In this document: in pieces, positions 18,256 to 27,633 of the stretch
Numbering within the stretch: position 1 is the stretch's first letter
Layout: each line of letters begins with the position of its first letter
Source of the DNA: Psychrobacter sp. DM4
Lineage (GTDB): Bacteria > Pseudomonadota > Gammaproteobacteria > Pseudomonadales > Moraxellaceae
Assembly (NCBI RefSeq): GCF_051307035.1
Contig: NZ_CP195536.1
Coordinates: 2,370,001-2,402,000, forward strand
Direction of reading: 5' to 3'
DNA: 32,000 nucleotides
Position numbers and translations under genes: made by a program
The notes under the pieces: model-generated
Seen by the model: the letters and a program-made list of their open reading frames with translations, nothing else
Told to the model about the DNA's origin: nothing
The model's database searches: none

Positions 18256-21200
18256 TTAACCCTTTATTTTGCGTATCTCAAAGCCTAGTGCTTTTATATC
18301 TTCTTCTTTGTCAAATGGCGCAAGCACTGAGCGGACATGGTCTTGGCCTTGCAAGTACTGCTTGGCAACGCGCTGCAGATCTTGAGTAGTGACCGCTAGT
18401 ATCGCGGCGCGCGTTTTGCGTTGCCACTCAATATCACGATGATGGAGCTCTGTGAAGCAGGCTTTGATCGCCTCGCCAGCAGGAGATCCTGGTTTGTCCA
18501 TACCAGAGATGATCCCAAGTATCGCCTCCTCTAACTGCTCATCCGTCTGCGGCTCATTAATTAACCACTCGATACTAGCCTCAAAATGAGCAAAGGTTTC
18601 AATGCAATGCGGATCACGGTAGCTAAAGAATTTAAAGGCGCAGGCATTGGCATCATAGCCTGCCCCGCCGCCATAAGCACCGCCACGCTCACGAATCGCG
18701 CTATGCAAGTAGCCATTGCGTAGATAAGGCGCTAATACCATAAGAGCCACCGTATCTGGGTGATCAGCCGCAGGTACGGTATAGGCGCTAGCGTTATGAT
18801 AGACGTTGGTAGATACGAGCCAAGCGATATCCTCAACGATAGGATTATGCTCAAGCCTATGCGCTGCATCAGTTTCGCCGTTAAGCGTAGGATCTAGCGT
18901 CAAAGCTGTAAATTCGCTTGGAATATTAGCATCCGTTAGCGCAGGTTTTATAGTAGATGCCTCGTTGTCCTGCCAACTATCGACAATGAGCTGACTCAAA
19001 CGCTCGGTTTGCTCGGCTTCACATACGATAATCGCATGCTTAGGCAGACTGATGAGACGCTGATGTAAGTCCATTAAGGCTATAGCCAGTTGATCCCACT
19101 GCGTATCATCGTCGCTTGCATGACCCAAAAAGTCTTTGAGGGCGTTGAGCGCTGGCAAGCCGCTACGTACATACTCAAGCTGCGCTTGACGGCTCATACC
19201 GCGACTGGCCGTTTGCAAAGCATAAGCGTGCCCAGCACTCGCTAGGCGCGACTGCCAACTGGCAGCGCGCTGCTGTAAAATCTCTTTTATACGGTCGTGC
19301 TCACTAAAGACACTATGTTCCATAACTTCTTTGAGCAGATCGATCGCCTCAGGTTTACGGTTGAGCGCGCGCGTGGCAACCACAAAGAAGCTACTAATCG
19401 TCTGGCTATCATCAATACTAGTACGCTGACTAATACGGGCAGTGACACCCGATGAGTGCGCTGCTTGTTTTGCTTGCATCTCATAAGCGTCCGCTGTATC
19501 CGTACCTAGCTCTGATAGTAAACTTAAATAAATAGGCAATAGCGGATGATTGATGACATCATTGGCAGGTAGCTGTGTATCTGCAAAGTCGGCATTGACT
19601 TTATTAATCGCATCTGTGAGTGGTACAACGACTTGATAATAATACAAGCCATTGGTGCCCGCTTCGTATTCAAACAGCGTACTCTCCTGTCCGCTTAGCA
19701 TGACCTGTTTTTGCTTGCCTTCTTTTAAGCTGATATCGGTAGGTACGTCCTCTAGACCAACTTTAGGCAATAAACTTACGTCATCTGGTGCGGCTTGACG
19801 AGCAGCTAGATCAAGCGCTTGGCTTTTTAGGATAGCTTTGTCATCATTGCTTAAATCCATCGCAATAGTATCGAGGCGTACTTGCTCAGCAGCAACCAGA
19901 CGCGCTGACTTCTCACTATCAGGCGTCATGGTCACACGGACGCGGTGCGGGTTGTCGAGCAGATGAGTCTTAATTAAGTTAGGTAACCATGCTTCATCTT
20001 GAGTTTGCTCGCGCAGCCATGCCAAGTGCTCATCGACCTCCCATACATCGATGGGATTGCCGTCATGAATGGCGGTGCTAAAGCCTTCTAATAGCAAGTT
20101 TAAACCATAAGGCATGCTATCGCCGCCGATATGACGCTGATCGATCTCGATCTGATGCAAGATAGTTTCGATGGTTTCATCGTCGACAGGTTTGCTTGCC
20201 ACATCGGTCAATAAGTCGATAATACCTTGCTCAACTGCCTCAGCGTGTTCAGGCTCAGAACCGCGAAGACCCGTATAAAAGACCATTTCATAATGGCTAT
20301 CATCGAGTCCTAACAGCGGACTTGGCGCTTTGCCCAGCGCATGACTGTCCAAATAGGCGCGCAGTGGTGATCCTGCATGCTCAATCAACACGCCTTCTAA
20401 TAGACGCAGTGCTAGGCGCTGCTTGGGATCAGTGATAGACGGTAGCAACCACGCTACGACATGATGAGTCTGATCAGGTCCTGCTTCGTCAGCGGTATAC
20501 GTATCGGTCGCGCTAATCGGCGCTGCTAGACGGACTTCTGGACGAGACACGTGCTTTTGACCTGTCTCAAACTCAGTTAAGGCATCTTTGTGTATCTTCG
20601 TTTGCGTTTGAGCCACGGGAATATTACCAAAGCTCATAATCACACTGTTTGACGGATGATAATGGCTCTTATGAAATTCAACGAGCTCTGTATGAGTCAG
20701 ATCAGGAATGTCCGCAGGATCACCGCCTGAGTTGTAATGATAAGTGGTCGTTGGGAACAGGTGATGCGCGACCGTATGATAGAGCTGATCGATCTCACCG
20801 CTCATCGCCCCTTTCATCTCATTAAAAACAATACCCTTAAACTGCGGCTTGTCGTCTTCGTCTAGCTCAACACGAATGCCTTCTTGGGCAAAATCAAGCG
20901 GATGAATATTAGGGAAAAACGCGGCATCAAGGTAGACATCAAGCAAGTTAAAGTAGTCGTTTTTGTTTTGCGTGGCATAGGGATACGCTGTCCAATCGGC
21001 GGCGGTCATGGCATTCATAAAGGTATTAAGTGAGCGCTTAATCATCGAAAAGAACGGATCACGTACGGGGAACTTCTTGGAGCCACATAGCGCCACGTGC
21101 TCTAAGATATGCGCCTCGCCCTTTGAGTCCATTGGCTGAGTACGAAAACCAACCAAAAATGCATTCTCGTCACTGGGATGTGCCAAATGATAGTGCATAG

Positions 21201-21366
21201 CGCCTGTCTTGACATGCTGGCTTATTAGAACGTCTATCGAGAGCGCTTCAATATGACGATGCTCAATCAGTTCAAATGCTGGGTGCAACGTTAAGTCGAT
21301 ATCTGAGGCATTGTCCGTTGCTGTACGGGTAGTCGTATCGGCCATATCTGTCATTGTGTCGCTCAT
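18256..21366 (-). CDS. M16-family (insulinase / PreP-like, M16C) zinc metalloprotease
   Basis: Inverted zinc motif HILEHVALCGS (HxxEH) near the N-terminus. The length of about 1036 aa and four-domain size fit presequence-protease-like M16C enzymes. Confidence 0.9.
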   Translation of the reverse strand: MSDTMTDMADTTTRTATDNASDIDLTLHPAFELIEHRHIEALSIDVLISQHVKTGAMHYHLAHPSDENAFLVGFRTQPMDSKGEAHILEHVALCGSKKFPVRDPFFSMIKRSLNTFMNAMTAADWTAYPYATQNKNDYFNLLDVYLDAAFFPNIHPLDFAQEGIRVELDEDDKPQFKGIVFNEMKGAMSGEIDQLYHTVAHHLFPTTTYHYNSGGDPADIPDLTHTELVEFHKSHYHPSNSVIMSFGNIPVAQTQTKIHKDALTEFETGQKHVSRPEVRLAAPISATDTYTADEAGPDQTHHVVAWLLPSITDPKQRLALRLLEGVLIEHAGSPLRAYLDSHALGKAPSPLLGLDDSHYEMVFYTGLRGSEPEHAEAVEQGIIDLLTDVASKPVDDETIETILHQIEIDQRHIGGDSMPYGLNLLLEGFSTAIHDGNPIDVWEVDEHLAWLREQTQDEAWLPNLIKTHLLDNPHRVRVTMTPDSEKSARLVAAEQVRLDTIAMDLSNDDKAILKSQALDLAARQAAPDDVSLLPKVGLEDVPTDISLKEGKQKQVMLSGQESTLFEYEAGTNGLYYYQVVVPLTDAINKVNADFADTQLPANDVINHPLLPIYLSLLSELGTDTADAYEMQAKQAAHSSGVTARISQRTSIDDSQTISSFFVVATRALNRKPEAIDLLKEVMEHSVFSEHDRIKEILQQRAASWQSRLASAGHAYALQTASRGMSRQAQLEYVRSGLPALNALKDFLGHASDDDTQWDQLAIALMDLHQRLISLPKHAIIVCEAEQTERLSQLIVDSWQDNEASTIKPALTDANIPSEFTALTLDPTLNGETDAAHRLEHNPIVEDIAWLVSTNVYHNASAYTVPAADHPDTVALMVLAPYLRNGYLHSAIRERGGAYGGGAGYDANACAFKFFSYRDPHCIETFAHFEASIEWLINEPQTDEQLEEAILGIISGMDKPGSPAGEAIKACFTELHHRDIEWQRKTRAAILAVTTQDLQRVAKQYLQGQDHVRSVLAPFDKEEDIKALGFEIRKIKG

Positions 21367-21634
21367 AATTATCCTTGTTATTTATCGCTACAGTGCTTTT
21401 ATTAGTAAACTATATTTATAAATGTTGTCGCTGTTAGATGGGGCTGGCGCTGTGATAAGTCAAGTCAGTACATAGCTCTCCATTGTTATATTCAAGACCC
21501 CTTTTTACCGTTTAAAAGAGTAAAAACACAGTAACTTGTATAACCCTAATCAAATTATGGACCTAATTCTTAACAAAGGTTAGTGGTACTGTTACTATCA
21601 AGGTAGCCATTTGATAAATAGTGAGGAGCATATT

Positions 21635-22093
21635 ATGAGCTATCAGCATGTTTTACTGGTTACCGATTTATTACCGGACGCCGATATTGTCGCCGAGCGA
21701 GCCAAGCGCATTATTGCAGGCTCACCTGATGCTAAACTATCTGTGCTGCATATCGTCGAAGATGATATGGTGCGCTTCGGTTACGAGCTCGTTCCAGCCT
21801 CTGAATTATCAGGAGATAAAGACGGCGCGCACTGGCAAGCGGCGCGAGCCAAGCTAGCACAGTTTATTGAACGCAATACCTTAGAGGCAGTCAACTCCGA
21901 GGTGACCGCCGCTATCTCTAACGACAAAGGTATCGTCAGTTATTGCCACGAAAAAGACGTTGATCTATTGGTTATTGGGCGTCACGAGCGGCGCGGTATC
22001 GCAGCTTGGCTAGTAGGTGCTACTGCCGATAATATCTTGCCAAACACGCCTTGTGATAGCCTAGTCGTCAAGCTTGATCAATCAGTACCATAA
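21635..22093 (+). CDS. uspA: Universal stress protein (UspA family), copy 1
   Basis: About 152 aa with a Usp fold pattern (HVLLVTDL..., DLLVIGRHERRGIAAWLVGATADNILPNTPCDSLVV). GAGGAG lies 6 nt before the ATG at 21635. The track's start at 21611 is less likely. Confidence 0.88.
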   Translation: MSYQHVLLVTDLLPDADIVAERAKRIIAGSPDAKLSVLHIVEDDMVRFGYELVPASELSGDKDGAHWQAARAKLAQFIERNTLEAVNSEVTAAISNDKGIVSYCHEKDVDLLVIGRHERRGIAAWLVGATADNILPNTPCDSLVVKLDQSVP

Positions 22094-22214
22094 TCGTTAT
22101 ACGATTATCGGTGACTTCAAGTAGATGTGAAACTTAGCCAATATAAACAAGCTCTACTTAACAGCGCCCTATAGTAGTGCTATAGTTATTACTATCTGCT
22201 ATGAGGAAAACGTC

Positions 22215-22676
22215 ATGAGTTACGAACATATTTTATTGGTCACCGACCTGCTCTCTGATGCCGATATCGTCGCGCAAAAGGCCAAACGCATCGTTGATAA
22301 TCGCCCAGGCTCCAAGCTCTCGGTACTCCATATCGTCAAAGACACGATGGTCGGGTTTGGCTACGAGCTCGTTCCCGCCTCTAGTCTTTATGATGAGATC
22401 GATGATGAACGTTGCCAAGAAGCGCGCGCAAAACTGGCGCAGTTCTTAGAGCGCAACCAGTTAGATGCCACAACCTCTCAGGTGACCACCGCCATCTCTA
22501 GTAGCGAGGGTATCGTCAGTTATTGTCACAAAAACGATGTCGATCTATTGGTCATCGGTCGTCATAGACGCACAGGTATTGCCGCTTGGATTAGTGGCGC
22601 GACTGCCGACAATATCTTGCCAAACGTACCTTGCGATAGCTTTGTCGTTAGGCTGGACAAACCTGTTTCTAAATAA
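22215..22676 (+). CDS. uspA: Universal stress protein (UspA family), copy 2 (tandem paralogue)
   Basis: Collinear with copy 1 over its full length (MSYEHILLVTDLLSDADIV..., DLLVIGRHRRTGIAAWISGATADNILPNVPCDSFVV). Confidence 0.88.
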   Translation: MSYEHILLVTDLLSDADIVAQKAKRIVDNRPGSKLSVLHIVKDTMVGFGYELVPASSLYDEIDDERCQEARAKLAQFLERNQLDATTSQVTTAISSSEGIVSYCHKNDVDLLVIGRHRRTGIAAWISGATADNILPNVPCDSFVVRLDKPVSK

Positions 22677-22734
22677 CAGGTTTAGACTTAGTTTTATGAA
22701 CGGTTTAAACTTAGTGCTATAAAAAGATATAAAG

Positions 22735-22764
22735 CGCCGTGTCATAAGTGATACGGCGTTTTTT
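22735..22764 (+). terminator. Rho-independent terminator after the usp pair
   Basis: Stem cgccgtgtca / tgatacggcg (one G-T wobble) with tetraloop taag, followed by T6. Confidence 0.8.
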
Positions 22765-22785
22765 GCTTGGAACATAATAAAATCA

Positions 22786-23721
22786 CTACTCATCAATGAT
22801 GTCGATAAAGGTTTGCCAAATAGGACTTTTATGACGAACCTTGTGCCACACCAGCCACCATGTCCGTGATAGATCGATACCTGCAACTTTGATTTGTACT
22901 AGCGTCCCTGTGGTAAGCTCGTTTTCGATAATGTGCTGTGACAAACAGCCCAATCCGATATCAGCACTGACCATATTTTTGATAGCCTCTGATTGACTCA
23001 CCGCTTTAATCACTTCAGCATTTGGCAGATGTTGCAATAACTGCTCGTCGATAATTTGCCGCGTACCAGACCCCGCCTCTCGCACTAGTAGTGGCCGCGA
23101 GGCTAATTGCTCAAGGGTGAGCGTATAACTTTTATCCCTCCCTTTATCCATGTCCGCTAACCATTTGCTGTCACCTTTGGCAAATATCATCAGCGTATCG
23201 GTGCGCCAAGCGCGCTGCTCAATCACTTTGCTATCGGTTGGGCGCGGCATACCCTCAACTAGCGCAATATCGATATTCAGCTGCTCAATCTCACTGATGA
23301 CCTCTTGTGTATTGGCAATATAGGTTTCGATATTAGCTTCTGGTTGCGTCTCATACATCTGAGCAAGCAGAGCTGGCAATACATAATTACCGATAGTGGT
23401 ACTCGCACCAATATGTATTTGCCCCGCTTGGTGCTTGTGATAATGCTCTAGTGTCAATGCTTGCCCGAGCAGCGCTTGCGCTTGAACATAGATAGGATGA
23501 GCATTGGCATGAGGGGTGAGCCCACGCCCTACGCGCTCAAATAACGGCAGTTGTAAACGCGTCTCCAAAGTGCCAAGCGTACTACTCACCGCTGATTGCG
23601 ATAAATGCAGCTCTAAGCTTGCAAGACTCGTGCTGCCTGTCTGATAAATACTAACAAACACGGCTAATTGCTTCAGAGTAATTTTTGGTAAGGTCTGCGC
23701 CGATTTCTTCATATTATTCAT
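22786..23721 (-). CDS. LysR-family transcriptional regulator (YeiE-like by synteny)
   Basis: N-terminal wHTH (ITLKQLAVFVSIYQTGSTSLASLELHLSQSAVSSTLGTLE) plus a LysR substrate-binding domain. It is divergent from a yeiH-family gene, as with yeiE-yeiH in E. coli. The start is ambiguous among 23751, 23721 and 23712. Confidence 0.88.
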   Translation of the reverse strand: MNNMKKSAQTLPKITLKQLAVFVSIYQTGSTSLASLELHLSQSAVSSTLGTLETRLQLPLFERVGRGLTPHANAHPIYVQAQALLGQALTLEHYHKHQAGQIHIGASTTIGNYVLPALLAQMYETQPEANIETYIANTQEVISEIEQLNIDIALVEGMPRPTDSKVIEQRAWRTDTLMIFAKGDSKWLADMDKGRDKSYTLTLEQLASRPLLVREAGSGTRQIIDEQLLQHLPNAEVIKAVSQSEAIKNMVSADIGLGCLSQHIIENELTTGTLVQIKVAGIDLSRTWWLVWHKVRHKSPIWQTFIDIIDE

Positions 23722-23766
23722 CACTCTTAATTTTATAAATACAAGCGACACTATTAACCACTAAAA

Positions 23767-23809
23767 AAGATAGGTTCTATCTTATCAATCTGTTTTTATT
23801 ATAAACAGA
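23767..23809. promoter_or_regulatory. Two palindromes in the LysR/yeiH divergent intergenic region; candidate LysR operator sites
   Basis: aagatag-gtt-ctatctt (23767-23783) and tctgttt-ttattat-aaacaga (23789-23809), read directly. Both are A/T-rich dyads of the kind LysR regulators bind (T-N11-A class). Confidence 0.45.
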
Positions 23810-23929
23810 CTTTACTTATAATATCAACGTGTATAGGTACAGATAATCGTCATGCTGACGGTCATATCAGTAAGGTCGATAGTAAGCAAAGTAAATAGTA
23901 ATTAAGGTAAACCGTAGGCTAGGTCAATT

Positions 23930-25012
23930 ATGAGTACTATGAGTCAGACCATCGTCAATTATGTGCCAAGTAAACCTCAAGGATTGGGACTGATTGCGGT
24001 GCTATTAGCTAGCCTATTTTGTCTATGGCTCGATAGTCGCTTATATGTCTGGACGAATGGCGCTATGGTTGGACTGTCACCTTTAACCCTTGCCATCTTA
24101 ACCGGTATATTACTTGGCAATACAGTTTATCCACGTTTTGCCGATAAACTAAGCAATGGTGTGAATTTCTCCAAAGGTGAAATTTTACGCTTAGCCATTA
24201 TGTTTTATGGCTTTAAGTTGACCTTCACGCAAGTCGCTACTGTCGGCATGCCAGCCATTGTCAGCGATGCACTAGTGCTGATATCGACGTTTTTATTGAC
24301 CTATTGGCTTGGTACGAGATGGCTCAAAGTCGATAAGCAGACGACCATGCTCATTGGGTCAGGCGCAAGCATTTGCGGCGCGGCTGCGGTTATCGCGGCT
24401 GAACCTGTTATCAAAGCGGACGCTCACAAGGTGACTATTGCAGTCGCTACCGTAGTTGTGTTTGGCACTATTGCCATGCTGCTCTATCCGTTCTTGTATC
24501 ATTTAGGCTGGCTAGCCCCATGGCTCAACGCTCAGCAATACGGTATCTACACAGGCTCTACGGTTCATGAAGTCGCACAAGTCGTCGTCGCAGGCAACGC
24601 TGTCAGTCATGATGTCGGTAATACGGCAGTCGTGACCAAGATGATACGGGTCATGATGCTCGCGCCTTTTTTACTCATACTGTCCTTTTCTTTAACTAAA
24701 GACGAGAGTACACCTGGCGAAAAGCAGACGCTAATTGGTCGTGCCAAACAAGTCAAAGTGCCTTGGTTTGCATTCATCTTTATTCTTATTGTCGTAGTGC
24801 ATACTTGGGTGCCGATGTCCGACAGTTTTGAGCGTACGATGGTACGCATAGACGACTTACTACTGACAATGTCGATGTTTGCACTGGGACTGACCACGCA
24901 TTTGAGCGCTATCAAACAAGCAGGTATCAAGCCGTTACTGCTAGGTGCGATGATATTCGCTTGGCTGATACTCGGTGGCGGGCTTATCAATATTGGGGTT
25001 AGCTTGCTGTGA
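23930..25012 (+). CDS. yeiH: YeiH/UPF0324-family inner membrane protein
   Basis: A polytopic protein of about 360 aa with family-typical segments (GSGASICGAAAV, YTGSTVHEVAQVVVAG). It pairs divergently with the LysR regulator. Confidence 0.82.
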   Translation: MSTMSQTIVNYVPSKPQGLGLIAVLLASLFCLWLDSRLYVWTNGAMVGLSPLTLAILTGILLGNTVYPRFADKLSNGVNFSKGEILRLAIMFYGFKLTFTQVATVGMPAIVSDALVLISTFLLTYWLGTRWLKVDKQTTMLIGSGASICGAAAVIAAEPVIKADAHKVTIAVATVVVFGTIAMLLYPFLYHLGWLAPWLNAQQYGIYTGSTVHEVAQVVVAGNAVSHDVGNTAVVTKMIRVMMLAPFLLILSFSLTKDESTPGEKQTLIGRAKQVKVPWFAFIFILIVVVHTWVPMSDSFERTMVRIDDLLLTMSMFALGLTTHLSAIKQAGIKPLLLGAMIFAWLILGGGLINIGVSLL

Positions 25013-25032
25013 ATGATTCAAATTTTAGACCG

Positions 25033-25062
25033 AAAAAAGCGAACCCGAAGGTTCGCTTTTTT
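25033..25062. terminator. Bidirectional Rho-independent terminator
   Basis: Stem agcgaacc / ggttcgct with loop cgaa, flanked by A6 and T6 runs. It lies between convergent yeiH and csp. Confidence 0.9.
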
Positions 25063-25084
25063 AACATAGTGCTTTAATCAGAGA

Positions 25085-25294
25085 TTAAACAGCAACGATG
25101 TTATGAGCTTGTGGGCCTTTTTGACCTTGAGTTACAGTGAACTCAACTTCTTGACCTTCAGCCAAAGTTTTGAAACCAGAACCAGTGATTTCGCTGTAAT
25201 GAGCAAAAACGTCTGCGCCGTTTTCTGGAGCGATAAAACCAAAGCCTTTAGCTTCGTTGAACCACTTAACTGTACCTTTTTGAGTATCTGACAT
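25085..25294 (-). CDS. cspA: Cold-shock protein, CspA family
   Basis: A 69-aa protein with RNP1 KGFGFI and an RNP2-like motif VFAHY ([30 protein letters not shown]). Confidence 0.95.
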   Translation of the reverse strand: MSDTQKGTVKWFNEAKGFGFIAPENGADVFAHYSEITGSGFKTLAEGQEVEFTVTQGQKGPQAHNIVAV

Positions 25295-25442
25295 AGTAAT
25301 AACCTACTTTTTAATTTATTAATGGTCTAAGTGACCGGTAACGCTTGCAAATAGCTACTGTACGATAAATATTAAAACGAAGGATTATAACTAATACTAC
25401 GAGGTAATGATTTGGTGCAGAACTGCTTTTAAGCTTGGGCGT

Positions 25443-25471
25443 ATTATAAGACCCCTACAACACCAGTGCAA
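25443..25471 (-). promoter_or_regulatory. Near-consensus sigma70 promoter for csp (TTGCAC-N17-TATAAT)
   Basis: On the reverse strand the -35 ttgcac is at 25471-25466 and the -10 tataat at 25448-25443, with exactly 17 nt between them. This predicts a 5' leader of about 140 nt, typical of cold-shock genes. Confidence 0.65.
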
Positions 25472-25541
25472 GCCTTATCTGGTATTTTGTGTAACTAAGC
25501 CGATAGCATGGACTGAGTGCTTGATTTCTTGGACGATGAAT

Positions 25542-25964
25542 CTACTTGGCATCTGGCAGACGAAACAGATAGATAGCAACGCCCATGCAGATCACAGCGA
25601 CTACCCAGGCGATCCAAACCATATCCTCTGGTAGGTTAAAAAATAGCATCGTCGTTGATATCGCCATCATAATGCTCGCCAGCCACTTGGCATATCGCGG
25701 CACCGCATGGTTATTCTCCCAGTCGCGGACAAATTTGCCAAAATACTTGTGATTGATCAGCCAAAAATGAAAGCGTCGTGAACTACGCGCCCAGCACCCT
25801 GCAGCGAGCAATATAAAAGGCGCGGTTGGCATGACAGGCAATAATACACCAATGATTCCCAATACAAAAAACACCCAGCCCAGCGTCAAAAAAGTCCAGC
25901 GCACGGTAGGACTATTAGATTGATTGGTCTTTGGGCGGTGATAAAAGGCTTTTTTTTCAGTCAT
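25542..25964 (-). CDS. ybaN: YbaN/DUF454-family inner membrane protein
   Basis: LGIIGVLLPVMPTAPFILLAAGCWARSSRRFHFWLINHKYFGKFVRDWE matches the DUF454 core. The start is placed at MTEKKAFYH (25964). The track's upstream extension to 26066 looks non-coding. Confidence 0.8.
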   Translation of the reverse strand: MTEKKAFYHRPKTNQSNSPTVRWTFLTLGWVFFVLGIIGVLLPVMPTAPFILLAAGCWARSSRRFHFWLINHKYFGKFVRDWENNHAVPRYAKWLASIMMAISTTMLFFNLPEDMVWIAWVVAVICMGVAIYLFRLPDAK

Positions 25965-26285
25965 ATAAGAGATGTCATTGGGCAGTAGAAAATAGATCGC
26001 TATTAACGTATATCCTAGCAATCCACGTAAGCCAATAAGGATGCAACAAAGTACAAATGAGCACAAGATTATTTTTATAGCTTTATGTTATATCTTCAGT
26101 ATTAACACCACCTTAGAGACAATAACAGACGCTTGAGATAATTTTTTTTTGTATAAATAGTAGTAGGAGAATCCCAAAAACTCAGGCATAATTCGCCGTT
26201 ATCGAACTATTGTTCTCTATGGTCAGCTATCCATCGTTGACCTTGATTGTGTTTCTCAACTTTTATACTGTTTATAAGGATATTT

Positions 26286-27119
26286 ATGGTCACACGGTTT
26301 ACGCTCCCTTCTATCAAAGTGCTTACTCTACCTGTCGCACTCGCTGTCGTTACTGTATTTAGTGGCTGTGCGACGACGACAAACCCAGAAGCGCGATCTG
26401 CTTATGACAAGACGCAGCAAAACCTGAAGGCTCAATCTGTGGGTATTATCAGCGACGGTTGTGTACTACGAGTTGAGGTCGGTAAAGACGATATCATGTA
26501 CCAAAATTCTGACGCGCTTTCTGTCGCCATTGCCAATACGCTCAAGGAGAGACTCACGGAAAAAGGCGTTGTAGTCAATAACGTCTCATCCCCTTTTGTC
26601 TGCGGCGCACTGACACAAAAAGAGCTGTCACAGATGGATATCTTGGCGACTGAAGATGCCAAAGATGTGTTGAATACCAATTATCCTGTACTCAGCTCTA
26701 GCAATACCTTTGATGGCGTCACTAACCAAGCCTACCTAAACCTATATACTGCGCTAGTAAATGCCAAAAAAATTAGCGCGATCAATATGAAAACAGGCTC
26801 ATATACACCGCTCAACCTAGACGCTGCTAGCTTGAATACCATTCGCAAAACTGAAGGTGCGAATAAAGCCTTCGTCGTTTTGGGCGCTGCTAACAAACAG
26901 TCTTTTGGTCTAAAACTTACTGCGGCCTCTACGTCGCCGCTAGCGGGTGCGATGATCAATAGAGCGCCTGGCAAAGATTACTCCATCCACCTAGTCAATT
27001 TAGAAACCAATCAAATCGAGTGGAACAAATCAGGTAAGATCGATTCTGAAGTATTCAAGACGCCAGTGACGGGTACTATCGCCACCAAAAAAATGCTCGA
27101 CCCGCTGTACCCTGAATAA
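26286..27119 (+). CDS. Hypothetical lipoprotein
   Basis: AAGGA lies 5 nt before the ATG at 26286. The signal peptide carries a lipobox (LAVVTVFSGC-ATTTN). I recognise no motif in the mature part. Confidence 0.75.
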   Translation: MVTRFTLPSIKVLTLPVALAVVTVFSGCATTTNPEARSAYDKTQQNLKAQSVGIISDGCVLRVEVGKDDIMYQNSDALSVAIANTLKERLTEKGVVVNNVSSPFVCGALTQKELSQMDILATEDAKDVLNTNYPVLSSSNTFDGVTNQAYLNLYTALVNAKKISAINMKTGSYTPLNLDAASLNTIRKTEGANKAFVVLGAANKQSFGLKLTAASTSPLAGAMINRAPGKDYSIHLVNLETNQIEWNKSGKIDSEVFKTPVTGTIATKKMLDPLYPE

Positions 27120-27133
27120 GTCTATATCCTTAA

Positions 27134-27174
27134 TAAAAAAACCGCTCACAATTCATATTGCGAGCGGTTTTTTT
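27134..27174. terminator. Bidirectional Rho-independent terminator
   Basis: Composite stem ccgctc-a-caat [tcat] attg-c-gagcgg, flanked by an A8 run and a T7 run. It lies between the convergent lipoprotein and 3-TM genes. Confidence 0.8.
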
Positions 27175-27192
27175 ATCTGAGTGCCGCAACCC

Positions 27193-27633
27193 TTACACCA
27201 AGATAAGCGCCAATATCGCAAAAATGAAAAAGTAAGCAAAAACGCCGCCAATGGCATATAGCGATTTGATCTCTTTGCCGTCAGCGCGGCGTACTCGAGA
27301 CAGCGTATGACCGAGCTTGAGAATAGAGATAGTAAAAAAGTAAAATGCTAATAATAGCAGCACGATACTAATGGTAAAGATAGCCAGAGAAGATAGCGGG
27401 CCAAAAAAGGTCACTGTACCCGGAAACAAGGTTTCGCCCTTGATAATCAGTACCAATAAGACGACTGCAACGCCCGATGCTGACGCATGAAAAAACAGCA
27501 CATCATGAAGCGTCGCATCCTTTTTATAAAAACTCGTCTCAATCTCAAAAATATCACCCTTAGCAGGTCTTCTTGGGCGCGAGTCTCTAGCAAGGATCGA
27601 CTTATAACTGTTGATATTACTCACAGTAATCAA
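27193..27633 (-). CDS. Hypothetical membrane protein (about 50-aa soluble N-terminus plus 3 predicted TM segments)
   Basis: A 146-aa ORF with native-looking composition and hydrophobic stretches VAVVLLVLII, LAIFTISIVLLLLAFYFFTISIL and VFAYFFIFAILALILV. No family recognised. Confidence 0.65.
   Translation of the reverse strand: MITVSNINSYKSILARDSRPRRPAKGDIFEIETSFYKKDATLHDVLFFHASASGVAVVLLVLIIKGETLFPGTVTFFGPLSSLAIFTISIVLLLLAFYFFTISILKLGHTLSRVRRADGKEIKSLYAIGGVFAYFFIFAILALILV

Noticed and set aside
25407-25634. 75-aa plus-strand ORF between csp and ybaN
   Set aside because: It runs antisense across the csp promoter and leader and the 3' end of ybaN. The product is Cys/Trp-rich with no support.
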